The notes: a model not told the origin generated them from the letters alone. 64,000 bases of DNA from an uncultured Chloroflexia bacterium (GCA_963810095.1 CAWEMM010000006.1:1344001-1408000); one strand, 5' to 3'. Counted from the first letter of the stretch, positions 41,919 to 54,693 are shown. A program made the numbers and translations.

Positions 41919-44477
41919 TCAGGACTTTAAGCTGGCCCGCAGCAAGGCTTTGGTCAGTTCCTTCGTGTCCAGGGCGTAGTCATGCTCGAGCACCGGCCCC
42001 ACGCAGGCGGGACAGCCGTTGTCGCATGGGCAGTTCGTGACCAAATCGAGCGCCGCGGCCAGCACATCGGGCATCGATTGGAAAAGCTGCTCGGCGTAGC
42101 CGACTCCGCCGGGCGTGCGCTCGTAGATCGTAATGGCGGGGCCGCCCGTGTTCCGGTCTTCTGGCTCGGCCAGCACGCCGAGGTCGCGGCCGTCACACAT
42201 GAGGAAGAGCGGTGCGACGCCCTCGATCAAGGCCGCCGCGCCGCCGAGCCCCGACCGCGTCCGGATGCCGGACTCGGCCCGGTGGTGGCACGACTGGCAC
42301 AGCGTCACCAGGTTATCGTGGCGGTTTGCGACCTTCCAGGCGAGGGCAGCAGGCAGCCCTTCGCGCCGTGCTTCGTCGGCGACGAACGCACGGAAGGGGA
42401 CCTTGTGGTGCACGTCGTGCTGGCGGCCCGCCATCTCTAACGTGCCGCACCCCTGGCAGCGGTAACCGTCGCGCAGGCGCACGGCGTCGCGGGTGGCGGC
42501 CCATTCCGGTCCGTAGTCGTTCGGGTCAGATAGCCACGCGCCGGCGGCTTTGAGCGCCTCGACCGTACGTTCGGGAAAAGCCAGCCAGGCCGCCTGTGTG
42601 TCCAGGATCTGTTCGGGCAGGTCGATCTCCCCGTAGCCGAGCACCTCGTTCGAGCCGCGCTGCAGGATCTTGTAGCTTGTCGCCTGCGAGGTAACCCGCA
42701 CGTCGCCCCAGCCGAGCAAGTAGGGCGCGGCTTCGTCCTCCATTCTCCCGCGCGCTTGCAGCACGTCGATTCTTTCGCCTATGACGGGGCGAGTGTAGAA
42801 GGCGGCCTCGATGCCGCGAACGGCCGCGATCCCCGCTTCCCAGTCGAGCCGTTCGACCACGTACGACGCGCCTTCGTGGAGATAGATCGCGCCTTCGTAT
42901 AGCAGCAGTGGGACTCCTTCGCGATCCAACTCGCCGATGACGACGGGTTTTCCGTCTTCGCCGCGCGCCTGGATCAGCACCCGGTCGCTGCCTGCGCTCC
43001 GCAGGCTGACCGCTTGCGTCGGGCTGCCCTCGCCGGCCCAGAAGTAGCGCCCGCCTGATAAGTAGAGCTGTCCGGCCTCGACCATATCTGTAAGCAGCCC
43101 GGGCACCGCGGCTGAGCCAAACTTCTCTTCTTGCCCCAGCGGCAGCTCGGCTGCGGTGCAAGCCAGGTGACCGGCGAGGATCACCTCGTTGTCCGGGTTG
43201 ACACGAGCGTGCTCGGGCGACTGCTGGAGCAGCCAGCGCGGGTGGGTAATGACGTACTGGTCGAGCGGCCCGGCGCCGGCGACGAGCACTGCTACGGAAG
43301 CGCCTTGCCGCCGGCCGGCCCGCCCCATCTGCTGGCGGGCGCTGGCGATGGTTCCCGGATGGCCGGCGAGGATGGCTGCATCGAGGTCGCCGATGTCGAT
43401 GCCCAACTCAAGCGCGTTCGTCGCAACCACTCCCCGCACTGTTGCCTCTCGCAGCCCTTTTTCGATCTCCCGCCGGTCTGCCGGCAGGTAGCCACCCCGG
43501 TAGCCACGGACGGTGTGCCGCGCCTGGCGGGGCAATTCGTCGTGCAGGTGGGTCAGCATCAGCTCTGTGGCAAGCCGGGCGCGACCGAAGAGGATCGTCT
43601 GCACGTCGTGGCGGAGGAAGTGGGCCGCAAGCTCGGCGGATTCCTGAACGGTGCTGCGGCGGATGCCCAGGTCCGGGTCGACGACCGGCGGGTTGTAAAA
43701 GAGGATGTGCTTTTCGCCCTGGGGTGCGCCGTCCTGCTCCGGTCCGACAACGGTGACCGGGGCTTCGACCAGCCGCTCGGCCAACTCGCCCGGGTTGGCG
43801 ATCGTGGCAGAGGCGAGGACGAACTGGGGCCGGCTGCCGTAGAACGCGCAGAGACGGCGCAAGCGGCGCAAGACGTTCGCGACGTGCGAGCCGAACACGC
43901 CCCGGTAAACGTGCATTTCGTCCACAACCACGACGCGGAGGGAGGCGAAGAACGCGGCCCAGCGGGGGTGCTGGGGCAGGATGCCCATGTGCAGCATGTC
44001 GGGGTTCGAGAGGATGATGCGCGACGTATCGCGAATCCTGGTTCGCTGCGCCGACGCCGTGTCGCCGTCGTAGGCCGCAGGGAGCAGGGACAATTCTGCC
44101 AGGCGTGCGAGCGCGCTCACTTCGGCTAACTGGTCGTGCGCGAGCGCCTTCGTCGGGAACAGGTACAGGGCCCGAGCCCGAGGCTCGGATAGTAGCCGCT
44201 GGAGCACGGGGAGGTTGTAGCAGAACGTCTTGCCGCTGGCGGCCGGGGTCGCGACGGCAACGTTTTCGCCCCGCAGTGCGGCTTCGACTGCCGCGGCCTG
44301 GTGCTCGTAGAGTGCGTGGATGCCGCGCGACGCCAGTGCCGCCCCAATGCGAGCGTCGAGCCCGGCGGGAGCGGGTTGATAACGGGCGGGCCGGGCGGGC
44401 AGCCGTTCCCAGCGCACCACGTTGCTCATAAAGCGCGGGTCCAGGCGCAGCGCCTGAAGCGCGGATTCTACAGACAT
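41919..44477 (-). CDS. MrfA/YprA/SftH-family DEAH helicase with DUF1998 Zn domain and inserted HNH domain
   Basis: TPAASGKT, DEMH, ATNALELGID, QQMGRAGR and C-terminal CPCDNGCPAC motifs. Insert RDGYRCQGCG..HDVHH..NLVTLCQSCHH. Confidence 0.9.
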   Translation of the reverse strand: MSVESALQALRLDPRFMSNVVRWERLPARPARYQPAPAGLDARIGAALASRGIHALYEHQAAAVEAALRGENVAVATPAASGKTFCYNLPVLQRLLSEPRARALYLFPTKALAHDQLAEVSALARLAELSLLPAAYDGDTASAQRTRIRDTSRIILSNPDMLHMGILPQHPRWAAFFASLRVVVVDEMHVYRGVFGSHVANVLRRLRRLCAFYGSRPQFVLASATIANPGELAERLVEAPVTVVGPEQDGAPQGEKHILFYNPPVVDPDLGIRRSTVQESAELAAHFLRHDVQTILFGRARLATELMLTHLHDELPRQARHTVRGYRGGYLPADRREIEKGLREATVRGVVATNALELGIDIGDLDAAILAGHPGTIASARQQMGRAGRRQGASVAVLVAGAGPLDQYVITHPRWLLQQSPEHARVNPDNEVILAGHLACTAAELPLGQEEKFGSAAVPGLLTDMVEAGQLYLSGGRYFWAGEGSPTQAVSLRSAGSDRVLIQARGEDGKPVVIGELDREGVPLLLYEGAIYLHEGASYVVERLDWEAGIAAVRGIEAAFYTRPVIGERIDVLQARGRMEDEAAPYLLGWGDVRVTSQATSYKILQRGSNEVLGYGEIDLPEQILDTQAAWLAFPERTVEALKAAGAWLSDPNDYGPEWAATRDAVRLRDGYRCQGCGTLEMAGRQHDVHHKVPFRAFVADEARREGLPAALAWKVANRHDNLVTLCQSCHHRAESGIRTRSGLGGAAALIEGVAPLFLMCDGRDLGVLAEPEDRNTGGPAITIYERTPGGVGYAEQLFQSMPDVLAAALDLVTNCPCDNGCPACVGPVLEHDYALDTKELTKALLRASLKS

Positions 44478-44532
44478 GGTTGGATTATAATCCATGCCCC
44501 CCGAACGCGCTGGCCTGGGTGGGCGGGCTGGG

Positions 44533-45861
44533 TTACTGGCCCCGCTGCAGGGTGTACTCGAACTCGCCGGCCCGGCCGGTGGTCGACAGGGAGGTGCTGC
44601 CGCAGGCGCTCACGGCACGCACGACATAGGTGTAGTTGTTGGTCGCGCTGCCCAGCACCGCATCTGTGTAACTTGTCCCTGCCACACTGGTGCAGCGTAG
44701 GGCGCCGGGGCTGCTGCAGCTCGCACCCGGCGTGAAGTACGGCTGGTTGGCCGCGGACCAGAGTTCGTAATGGTTGGCGCCCACCGCCGCGGGCCACGTC
44801 AGCTTCACCTGCGTCGCGTCGAGCCGGGCGATCGAAAGGCTGCTGACGTTCGCCGGCGTCCCACAGATGGGGTTGACGATGCTCACAGCCTGCATCGCCA
44901 TGCCCTCGTAGCTGCCGCCCCAGGCCATGCTGTAGGTGTTGTAGTCCCAGGTGTCGTGAAGATACACGGTGTTTCCCGAGTCGTTGTAGCCTATACCGAC
45001 GATCGAATGGCCGGCGAGGTTGATCATTACCGGGCGCCCGGCATCAATCTCAGCCTTGTACTTGGCATAGGTGAATCCGCCGCCGTTGTTGTCGGTCTTC
45101 TGATTGTAGCAGTCGGTGACGGTATAGCCGCGGGCCTCATAGAACAGTTTCCGGCCGTAGCTGCCGTCCTCGGTGATGTTGTTGGACAGCATATCTGCGC
45201 ACGTGAGCGCGGCCGAAGACGACGTCCAGGCATAGAAGCTGGTTGCGCCGTCGCTGTTCCCGTAGGCCGACTGGCTGGTCTTCATGTAGTCACCGATCGC
45301 GTCGCTCGGGGTATGCTGAGTCCAGCCGTTCGTGACGTAGGGGTCGTTGGCGGTGCTGCCGTAGGCGATCCAATAGTCGTTGAGTGAGCCGCGGCTGCTT
45401 CGCCCGTCCAGTCCGGAACGGGAGGCGGTCAGCGGGCATTGGCCGTAAGTGTCCCCGTTGCCGTCCGTCCACGGCCCCCACGTGCTGCTGTCCAGCGGCA
45501 TGAGGCCGCCGCCCGTCGGGCCGGTGTACATATTCGGCAGGCCGGACCGGTCGTAATAGGCGGCAATCATGGCGGCGGACGTCGCCGAGCATCCGAACGA
45601 CCAGTCATATGCGGGGACGGTCAACTGCTTGCTGCCGAGCAACTCGCCGGCTTCGCCCTGGGCGACGGGAGTGCGCTCGATGCCGGCAGGAGGGTGCGGC
45701 GGACCCGCAATTACCATCTTGTCCACCTCGGCGCCGAGCGCGGTTTCGATGCTGTTGACGCGAAAGTATGGCGGATGGTCGGGGGCTGCGAAAACGTGCA
45801 GAACGCCGGTCGTCAGGATCAGGATTGCGGCCAGGAGGGTGGGCAGCGCGTGCTGTTTCAT
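44533..45861 (-). CDS. secreted papain-fold (C39/C10-like) peptidase with FN3-like C-terminal domain
   Basis: Signal peptide, VPAYDWSFGCSATSAAM (Cys), EIDAGRPV, GHSIVGIGY (His), HDTW (Asp) and YTYVVRAV motifs. Confidence 0.72.
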   Translation of the reverse strand: MKQHALPTLLAAILILTTGVLHVFAAPDHPPYFRVNSIETALGAEVDKMVIAGPPHPPAGIERTPVAQGEAGELLGSKQLTVPAYDWSFGCSATSAAMIAAYYDRSGLPNMYTGPTGGGLMPLDSSTWGPWTDGNGDTYGQCPLTASRSGLDGRSSRGSLNDYWIAYGSTANDPYVTNGWTQHTPSDAIGDYMKTSQSAYGNSDGATSFYAWTSSSAALTCADMLSNNITEDGSYGRKLFYEARGYTVTDCYNQKTDNNGGGFTYAKYKAEIDAGRPVMINLAGHSIVGIGYNDSGNTVYLHDTWDYNTYSMAWGGSYEGMAMQAVSIVNPICGTPANVSSLSIARLDATQVKLTWPAAVGANHYELWSAANQPYFTPGASCSSPGALRCTSVAGTSYTDAVLGSATNNYTYVVRAVSACGSTSLSTTGRAGEFEYTLQRGQ

Positions 45862-46096
45862 CAGGGGATCGTCCTCGACTCTGAAGTGTTCAATGCGGTG
45901 CGATATGGGGCTGTAAGTCGGGGCCTGCGTAGCCCGGCCGTTGCCCGGATGAAGAGAGAATATCACCGTGCAGGCAGCGCGTCAAACACCCGAGGGAAGG
46001 GGCGCGGGAACGCGAAGGGCGCTGGAACGCGAAGGCGCGAAGGGTAACGAAGGGCGGGAAGCGCGAAGAGCGCGAAGAGCGAAGGGCGGCGCGGCT

Positions 46097-46125
46097 TTGA
46101 CAGTGTCTGGTGGGTGGACTATGAT
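46097..46125 (+). promoter_or_regulatory. sigma70-type promoter TTGACA-17-TATGAT
   Basis: Near-consensus elements upstream of the AIR synthase-like gene. Confidence 0.6.
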
Positions 46126-46172
46126 GCCCCGGCTGTGCGTGTGTCCATGGCCAATCCTGCCGCCGAGGCTTC

Positions 46173-47197
46173 ATGTTCGATCCAACGCTACCCTTACCTG
46201 CGGGCAAACTGCCCCTGCCCTTGCTCGAACGGCTGCTGACGCGCTTCGCCCCGGATGACCCCCGCATCGTCGTGGGCCCGCGTGCGGGGGAGGACGCGGC
46301 GGTCTTCGACCTGGGCGACCGTTACCTCGTTGCCAAGACCGACCCGATTACGTTCGCAACGAGCGAAATCGGCTGGTATGCCGTCAACGTCAACGCCAAC
46401 GACGTGGCCGTCATGGGCGCCCAACCGCGTTGGTTTCTGGCCACCGTGCTGCTGCCCGCCGGCAAGGCGACCGGTGCGCTGGCCGAGGAAATTTTCCAGC
46501 AGATCTACAGCGCGTGCGCGACCCTGGGCGTGAGCCTGGCGGGGGGACACACCGAGTTGACGGTTAACCTCGACCGCCCCCTGATCAGCGGCACAATGCT
46601 CGGCGAGGTCGCACCCGATCGCTTGATTATGACGGCGGGCGCCCGGCCCGGGGATGCGATGCTGCTGGTGAAGGCGGCACCCATCGAGGGCACCGCGCTG
46701 ATTGCGCTGGAGCGGGAGGATACGCTGCGAAAGCGCGGGTATGCGGACGATTTTATCGCCGGTGCCAGCGCTACCTGCACGACCCCGGGATTAGCGTAGT
46801 GCGTCCCGCGTTGTTTGCGGCCGGCGTTGCAGAGGTGCACGCGATGCACGACCCGACCGAGGGCGGGGTTATGACCGGCCTGCTGGAGATGGGGCGGGGC
46901 GCCGGCGTGGGGTTGGAGATCGACCTGGATGCCATCCCGATTGCACCGGAGGGCGCCGTGCTTTGCCGGGAGTTCGGCCTGGACCCGTTGGGGACGATCG
47001 CGTCCGGTGCGGTGCTGATGGCCGTGGCAGGGCACGACGCGTCCCGCCTGGTCCGGCTGCTTGCCGAGCAAGGCTATCCGGCAACTGAAATCGGCCGGGT
47101 GACGGATGCGGCCGGCGGGCTGGTGGCGCGGCGCGGCGGCGAGCCCGTCGAGTGGCCGCAATTTGCGACCGACGAGATCACGAAGATTTTCGCGTAG
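46173..47197 (+). CDS. AIR synthase/HypE-like protein (frameshift near 46765)
   Basis: GKLP, GEDAAV, KTDPITF, NANDVAVMGA, GGHTE and MHDPTEGG motifs. Confidence 0.85.
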
Positions 47198-47892
47198 CTA
47201 CTCTTGTCCCTCTTGCGGCACCCCCGCCCGCCGCAGCAGCAACCGCAGAGCGTGCTCGCTAATCAGCGCCATCAGTGCGGGCCACACGATGACGACCAGG
47301 ACGGCGAGGACGACGCAGATGACCGTCAGCACCAGGGCGATGGCGAGCAGGACGATCGAGAAGAGCGGATTGGCAAATGCGGCCAGGGCCGACATGCGCA
47401 GTGCCCGCCACAGGCTTGGCTCCTCGAGCGCCATGTAAAACGGGTAGACGTAGAGCTGCATCCCACACCAGAACAGGATGAGGTAGATCCACAGGATGCT
47501 TAGCAGGCGGAGCGTTACGTTGGCCTGCAAGGTGTAGAAGATCAGGTTCAGCAGCAGCAGGCTCAGCACGACCATGCCCAGCGCGTTCAGTGCGAGGCCC
47601 GCCTTCCAGTTCGTCCTGAGCGCGTCCAGGTATTCGCGGCGGTCCGCGGCCCGGCCCCGAATCGTCTGCCGTGTAACCGATGCCAGCGCCAGGATCGCCG
47701 GCCCTGCCGGGATCGCAATGACGGTGTGATCCACCACGGTCCGCCCGCGGCAAACAGGAAGAACGCGAGGACGGCCGCGACCGCGAGGAAGATGCCACCC
47801 GTGACCCACCACAGCAAGCTCATGGCGGTGAAGACGAACAGGTCGTTGTAGAGGCTGAGCAGGGCCCTTCCCGCGGTGGCGAACGCTCTCAT
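47198..47892 (-). CDS. DUF624/YesL-like membrane protein (frameshift near 47730)
   Basis: Multiple TM helices, GPAILAL and YVYPF motifs. N-terminus lies in another frame and overlaps the upstream stop. Confidence 0.6.
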
Positions 47893-48920
47893 GGCGCCAC
47901 GATCCCAAGCGCCGCCTTCTGAATGTCTGGATCGGCAAGCTGGTTGTTGTGGGCCACCGAAGGCAGGTGATCGTACAGCGAGCGGGCGGCGGCCTCGGCC
48001 GGCGAGGCGGGCGCGGTGGTCAAGGACATGCTGATGCTCTCTCCAGCCACGAAGGGATAGGGGGTGCACGCGGCGCCGGGTATCTCCCGAGCGCTGGCCG
48101 CGGGCACGAGGAGGTCGCCGAAGCTGACCGCATGATTGACGAGCGTCAGCCGGTTGGCCGTGATGCGGACGCTGTAGCGGATGTCGCCGTAGAAGGTGTA
48201 GCATTGGATGCCGGCGGGCAGCGTGCCGGGCCGGTTGAGTTCTGCCAGCACCGGGCTATCCGGATGCAATTGGGCGTAGACGGGCGAGTCGGTGAGCAGC
48301 ACCCGCGGCGTTGGGTACCCCGGTGCATCCAGGGTGGCAGCCCGCTGCTCCGCCTGTTGTTTGCGCAGCGCGTCGGCAAGTTGTTCGACCGCGCTGACCG
48401 GACGGGCCGGCGCCAGCCCCAGGCGCTCGAGCAGGCGAATGAGCCACCACATGATCGACCCCCGGGGCGCCAACTCGATCACCCGCGCGATCTCCACTCC
48501 CCGGTGCGGCGTGCCGATGGTGATCAGGCGGGCGACGTTGCCGCGGTAGAGGGTGCCCCAGTTGTCCGGCGTGGTCCGGCTCAGGTAATAGCGGCAGATG
48601 ATGCCGCCGAGGCTGTGAGCGATGAGCGTCACGCCGGGCGGCCCGCCGCGGGCAACGCTGTTGTCGCTCAACTGGTCCACACTGCACAGCAGGCGCTCTT
48701 CGGGCGACAGCGCGGCGCCACCCAGACGGCTCGCCACCTGGCGCAGGTCGCCGCGGTTGTTGTAGGTCCCGTCTTCCGCGGCGCCGTAATCGAAGGTGCG
48801 CACCAGGTTGGGGTCGAGGTCGCCGTCGACGATCAGCCGCTGGCGGAAGCCCGACTCGTTCCATGTGGAAGGCGAGCCGTCAAAGCCGTGAACCAGCATG
48901 ATGGGGATGAGCCTGGGCAT
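47889..48920 (-). CDS. alpha/beta hydrolase (PGAP1/lipase-like)
   Basis: LVHGF oxyanion motif, AHSLGG nucleophile, IGTPHRG, GDLLVP and C-terminal His. Confidence 0.82.
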   Translation of the reverse strand: MPRLIPIMLVHGFDGSPSTWNESGFRQRLIVDGDLDPNLVRTFDYGAAEDGTYNNRGDLRQVASRLGGAALSPEERLLCSVDQLSDNSVARGGPPGVTLIAHSLGGIICRYYLSRTTPDNWGTLYRGNVARLITIGTPHRGVEIARVIELAPRGSIMWWLIRLLERLGLAPARPVSAVEQLADALRKQQAEQRAATLDAPGYPTPRVLLTDSPVYAQLHPDSPVLAELNRPGTLPAGIQCYTFYGDIRYSVRITANRLTLVNHAVSFGDLLVPAASAREIPGAACTPYPFVAGESISMSLTTAPASPAEAAARSLYDHLPSVAHNNQLADPDIQKAALGIVAP

Positions 48921-49013
48921 ACGTCTCCTCGAAGGGCGCTCCACCACGGCGTCACAAAGGCACAGGGCATCCGGAATCTTTCTGTCCCCGTGCCTGTGTG
49001 TTATCCAACCGAT

Positions 49014-50102
49014 TCAGGCGGCGAGGATGATCTCCTGCAGCAAGCGGGCCCCGTTGGCCATGTCCTCGATGGCGATGTGCTCGTCGGGCGTGTGCACGTC
49101 CGCCATGCCCGTGCTGATGATCGCACAGTAGATGCCGTGCTCTGCGTAGATGTTTGCGTCCGTGCCGCCGCCCGACGCCTTGATCATGGGCGTCCAGCCG
49201 AGCTTCTTCACCGCCGCGATGGCTGCCGCTACGACGGGGTGGTTGTCGGCCAGCTTGTAGGTCGTGTACATGCGCTTGATCTTGAACTCGACGCGCGCAG
49301 CGTTGTGTTCCGCCGCTTCCTGGAACGCCCCGGCCATCGCCGCGGTCTGAGCGGCCAGCTTCGTGTTGTCACGGCTGCGGGCCTCGCCCTTGACGAACAC
49401 GTAGTCGGGCACGATGTTGGTCGCCACGCCGCCCTGGATGACCCCGATGTTGGCCGTGGTCTCCGCGTCAATCCGTCCCAGCGGCATCGCAGCAATCGCC
49501 TCGCTTGCGACCCGGATAGCGTTCACCCCCTTTTCCGGCTCCGCGCCCGCATGCGCAGTCCGGCCGTGCACCTTGATCTCCAGGCTGTCCTGGCTGGGCG
49601 CGCTGGTAACGATGACGCCGCTGGGTCCGCCCGCGTCGAGCACGTACCCGCGGCGTGACTTAATCCGGCCCTTATCCAGCGCCCGCGCGCCGGCGAGGCC
49701 CATCTCCTCGCTCACCGAGATGACTGCTTCGAGGGGTGGATGCGGCGCGTTGTCTTCGTTAAGCGACTGGACGACCTCGAGGATGGCGGCCACGCCTGAC
49801 TTGTCGTCGCCGCCCAGGATGGTGGTGCCGTCCGAGTAGATAACGCCGTCGCGAATCTGCGGCTTGATCCCCCGATCCTTGCCCACGGTGTCCATGTGCG
49901 CGCTGAGCATGATGTAATCGCCGGGCCCCGTGCCCGGGAAGCGCGCGATGAGGTTGTGAACCTCGTCGCGCTCGATCTCTGTGGCGCCGAGTGCCTTGAA
50001 GCGCCGCTCGAGCTCGTCGCAGATGGCGGCTTCCTCGCCGGATGGGCTGTCGATGGCGACCAGCTCCAGGAAAGTCTGTACAAGGCGTTCTTCGTTGATC
50101 AA
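49014..50102 (-). CDS. M20 peptidase T-like metallopeptidase
   Basis: SAHMDTV, LGGDDKSG, SEEMGL, GGGTDAN and HTPDE motifs. Confidence 0.9.
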   Translation of the reverse strand: MINEERLVQTFLELVAIDSPSGEEAAICDELERRFKALGATEIERDEVHNLIARFPGTGPGDYIMLSAHMDTVGKDRGIKPQIRDGVIYSDGTTILGGDDKSGVAAILEVVQSLNEDNAPHPPLEAVISVSEEMGLAGARALDKGRIKSRRGYVLDAGGPSGVIVTSAPSQDSLEIKVHGRTAHAGAEPEKGVNAIRVASEAIAAMPLGRIDAETTANIGVIQGGVATNIVPDYVFVKGEARSRDNTKLAAQTAAMAGAFQEAAEHNAARVEFKIKRMYTTYKLADNHPVVAAAIAAVKKLGWTPMIKASGGGTDANIYAEHGIYCAIISTGMADVHTPDEHIAIEDMANGARLLQEIILAA

Positions 50103-50188
50103 GGGTCACCTCTTCGATTCATTCGTGATGAGCTTTGGCAGCCGAGCCAAGTGGGGCGAGCCGCGCAGCGCCCAAGGCAGCGGTTTTC

Positions 50189-51304
50189 TCAGGTCAGCCA
50201 CCGCACGCGGCCCGTTTCTCCCGTTTCGTAGCCGCCCAGTGCCTCGATTGCGTCCTTGGCACCTTGCGTCGCAAGCCACCCGGCGAGCGCCCGCATCGGG
50301 GGTAGTTCCCACGACTCGGCCGGCACGACCAGGTCGTATGGCTCAGTGGCCAGGGGGACGAAGCCCAACCCGTAGCCGATCGCCGCGGTCTCGATACCGA
50401 GGCCGGCGCCGGCGGCGTCCTCGGCCACGGCCCGCGCAACTTCGGCATGCGTGCTTACTTCGTGATCATACCCCGCGATGGCCTCGACGTCTACTGCTGA
50501 CCGGCGCAACTGCGCATCAAGCCAGACGCGCGTGCCGGTCCCGCGTTGCCGGTTGACAAAGCGCACACCCGGTCGCACCAGGTCTCGCAGTCCGGCCAGG
50601 CCGAGCGGGTTGCTGCGCGCGACGATCAGGCCGAGCCGGCGGTGTGCGAGTGTCAGCAGCGCAACGCGGCGGCCGGGCAGGAGGCGGCGCACGAAGGGCT
50701 CGTTGTACGTGTCGGTCTCTTCATCCCACAGGTGACTGCCTGCCAGGTCGGCCTTGCCCTCTGCCAGCGCGATCAGCCCGCCCAGGCTGCCTGAATAGCT
50801 CACCTGCAGCGAACAGCCCGGGGCCTCGGCGCCGCAGAACTCGGCGAAGCGGGCCGCCAGAAGCGAAACGACCGGATCATTGCTGCCTGCGAAGCGGAGC
50901 ACGTCGCCCACAGCAGGCGGCGTTTCGGCTGCCAGGGCGCGCCAGCGGTCGAGGCTGACGCGAAAGGCGCTTTCGATCTCCGCCAGCGAGTAGCCCGCCG
51001 ACAGCATTTCCAGCAGGAAGGCTTCGGCCTGGTGCGTCACGGTGGCGCGGCGCAGGGGGACCGTGTCGAGCGCGCCCATGGGCGCCCCGCTGCCGATGTG
51101 GGTGCCCTGGCCCGGCCGGCTAACGGCGATGCCCTGCCGTGTCAACTCCTTGTAGGCCTGCTGAACGGTGCCGGGCGTGCATCGCCACTGCTCCGCCATC
51201 TCGCGGACGGTAGGCAGCGAGTCGCCCGGGCGCAGCCGGCCCTCCAGCAGGTCCTGCCGGACGGCTTCGGCGATCTGGAGATAGATCGGCCGCTTGTCTT
51301 TCAC
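50189..51304 (-). CDS. GntR-family HTH fused to a PBP-like (MoeA-associated) binding domain
   Basis: PIYLQIA..LPTVREMA HTH, then GSND, GSLGGLIAL and FVNRQRGTGTR motifs. Confidence 0.85.
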   Translation of the reverse strand: MKDKRPIYLQIAEAVRQDLLEGRLRPGDSLPTVREMAEQWRCTPGTVQQAYKELTRQGIAVSRPGQGTHIGSGAPMGALDTVPLRRATVTHQAEAFLLEMLSAGYSLAEIESAFRVSLDRWRALAAETPPAVGDVLRFAGSNDPVVSLLAARFAEFCGAEAPGCSLQVSYSGSLGGLIALAEGKADLAGSHLWDEETDTYNEPFVRRLLPGRRVALLTLAHRRLGLIVARSNPLGLAGLRDLVRPGVRFVNRQRGTGTRVWLDAQLRRSAVDVEAIAGYDHEVSTHAEVARAVAEDAAGAGLGIETAAIGYGLGFVPLATEPYDLVVPAESWELPPMRALAGWLATQGAKDAIEALGGYETGETGRVRWLT

Positions 51305-51314
51305 CTCGTCCTCG

Positions 51315-52812
51315 TCATGCCGAGTCTCGGCCGGTGGAGCACATCGGATCGGTCACCTCGACCTCACCCACCTCCTGGGCAGTGTGGTCGAGCAGCCTCG
51401 CCGCAAAGCGGACGAACGCTGCGGCGTCGGCGAAGTTCGAGGCGATGCCCACGGAGATGCGGACCGCGCTCGACGTCGCGGCCGAAGTGCGCCTGCATCT
51501 CGCGGCGCAGCTCCTGAAACGAGAGCGCGGTCGACGAGACGAAGAACGAGCGCATGATCTCGGGGCCGAGGCCGTGGGCCACTTCGCCGGCGCCTGGGTT
51601 GCAGAAGCACCCGGTGCGCAGGGAGATGCCGCGGTGGTTCGCCAACTCCTCGATGCGGCGATCGTCGAGCGCCCGCCCGTTACAGTCGAAGAAGGTCATC
51701 GTAACGGTACCCCCGCGGGCATCCAGGGTGCGCGGACCGTGGATCTTGACGAGGGGCTGGCCGGACCGGTGGTGCAGCGAGCTCAGGTTTTCGATTAGCC
51801 AGCCGGTGAGCGCCATGACGCGGTCATGGATCATGTCGATCCCGACGGAAGCCAGGTGCCGCAGGCCGATCTCGACGGCCGGGATGTTGAGATAGTTGAC
51901 CGTGCCGTCCTCGAAACCCGCCTCGCCCGGCACAAGGTAATAGCCGTCGCCCTGCACCGACGAGATCGTGATCGTGCCGCCCGCGTACCACGGCCGCACT
52001 AACTTGTCGAGCGCAGACCGCCGCGCGAGCAGCGCGCCAACGCCCGAAGGATAACCAAACATCTTGTAGAACGACAGCGGGACAAAGTCGGGAAGCCAGG
52101 TCGACAGGTCCAGCCGGTTGCTCGGCGCGAATGCGGCAGCATCCACCAGCACGTCCCATCCCTTGGCGCGCGCGCTGGCGATCAACTCCAGGGGGTGCTG
52201 GACGCCCGAGAAGTTGGACTGGGCCGGAAAGGCAAAAAGGTTCCCGGCCCCTGGGGTGGCGCGGTCCAGTGCGGCGTCGAGCGCGGCCATGTCGATCCGG
52301 AGCTCGGGCGCGACGACGGGGACGTAGGTGAACGCCGCGCCCTTGCGCCTCGCAAACTCCCGTATACCGTTGACGGAGTTGTGGTTGTCGAAGGTCAGCA
52401 CGTAATGCCCACCCGGCGCAAAGGGGTAGGCTTCGCCCACGAGCTTGAGTGCGCCGCTGGCGTTGGGCGTGAAGATGACGACGTACTCGTCGGGCGGTGC
52501 ATTGAAATACTCGAGGACATAGCGCCGGGCGGCGTCGATCAGGCACGTCATTGCCTGCGAGGTCGGGTTGTTCGAGTGCGGGTTGCCGAACACGTTGCCG
52601 CTCAGCAGGTCGTGGTGTGCGCGGAGCTGGCCGGTCGCGTACAATCCGCCGCCGGTGTAGTCCAGGTAGACCTGGCCGGCCTGGTCCAGCCGGGCGTATT
52701 CACGATCGCGCAGCTCGTCAAGCGGGTCCGTCCGCCCGTAGGCGGGAAAGGCGCGCAGAAACGCTTCGTAAGCGGCGTCGTGCGTCGTTGTGTTAAGGAC
52801 GGGTTGGGTCAC
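51315..52812 (-). CDS. class V PLP enzyme, molybdenum-cofactor-sulfurase (MOCOS/ABA3 N-domain)-like (frameshift near 51470)
   Basis: YLDYTGGG, GNPHS, DNHNSVNGIRE, PAQSNFSG, SFYKMFGYPSGVG, FEDGT and RTGCFCNPG motifs. Confidence 0.82.
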
Positions 52813-52843
52813 GGCGTCGTGTCCTCCTTGCGACGATGCTCTG

Positions 52844-52881
52844 ACCCCGGTTTCGCCTCGGCCGAGACGGAACCGGGGTCT
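52844..52881. terminator. GC-rich hairpin downstream of pepF
   Basis: GACCCCGGTT...AACCGGGGTC inverted repeat. Confidence 0.5.
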
Positions 52882-52890
52882 CCTATAGCC

Positions 52891-54693
<1,803 letters not shown>

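Noticed and set aside
46005-46086. CGAAG arrays as a CRISPR array
   Set aside because: Units are short and irregular, there are no unique spacers of constant length, and no cas genes are present.
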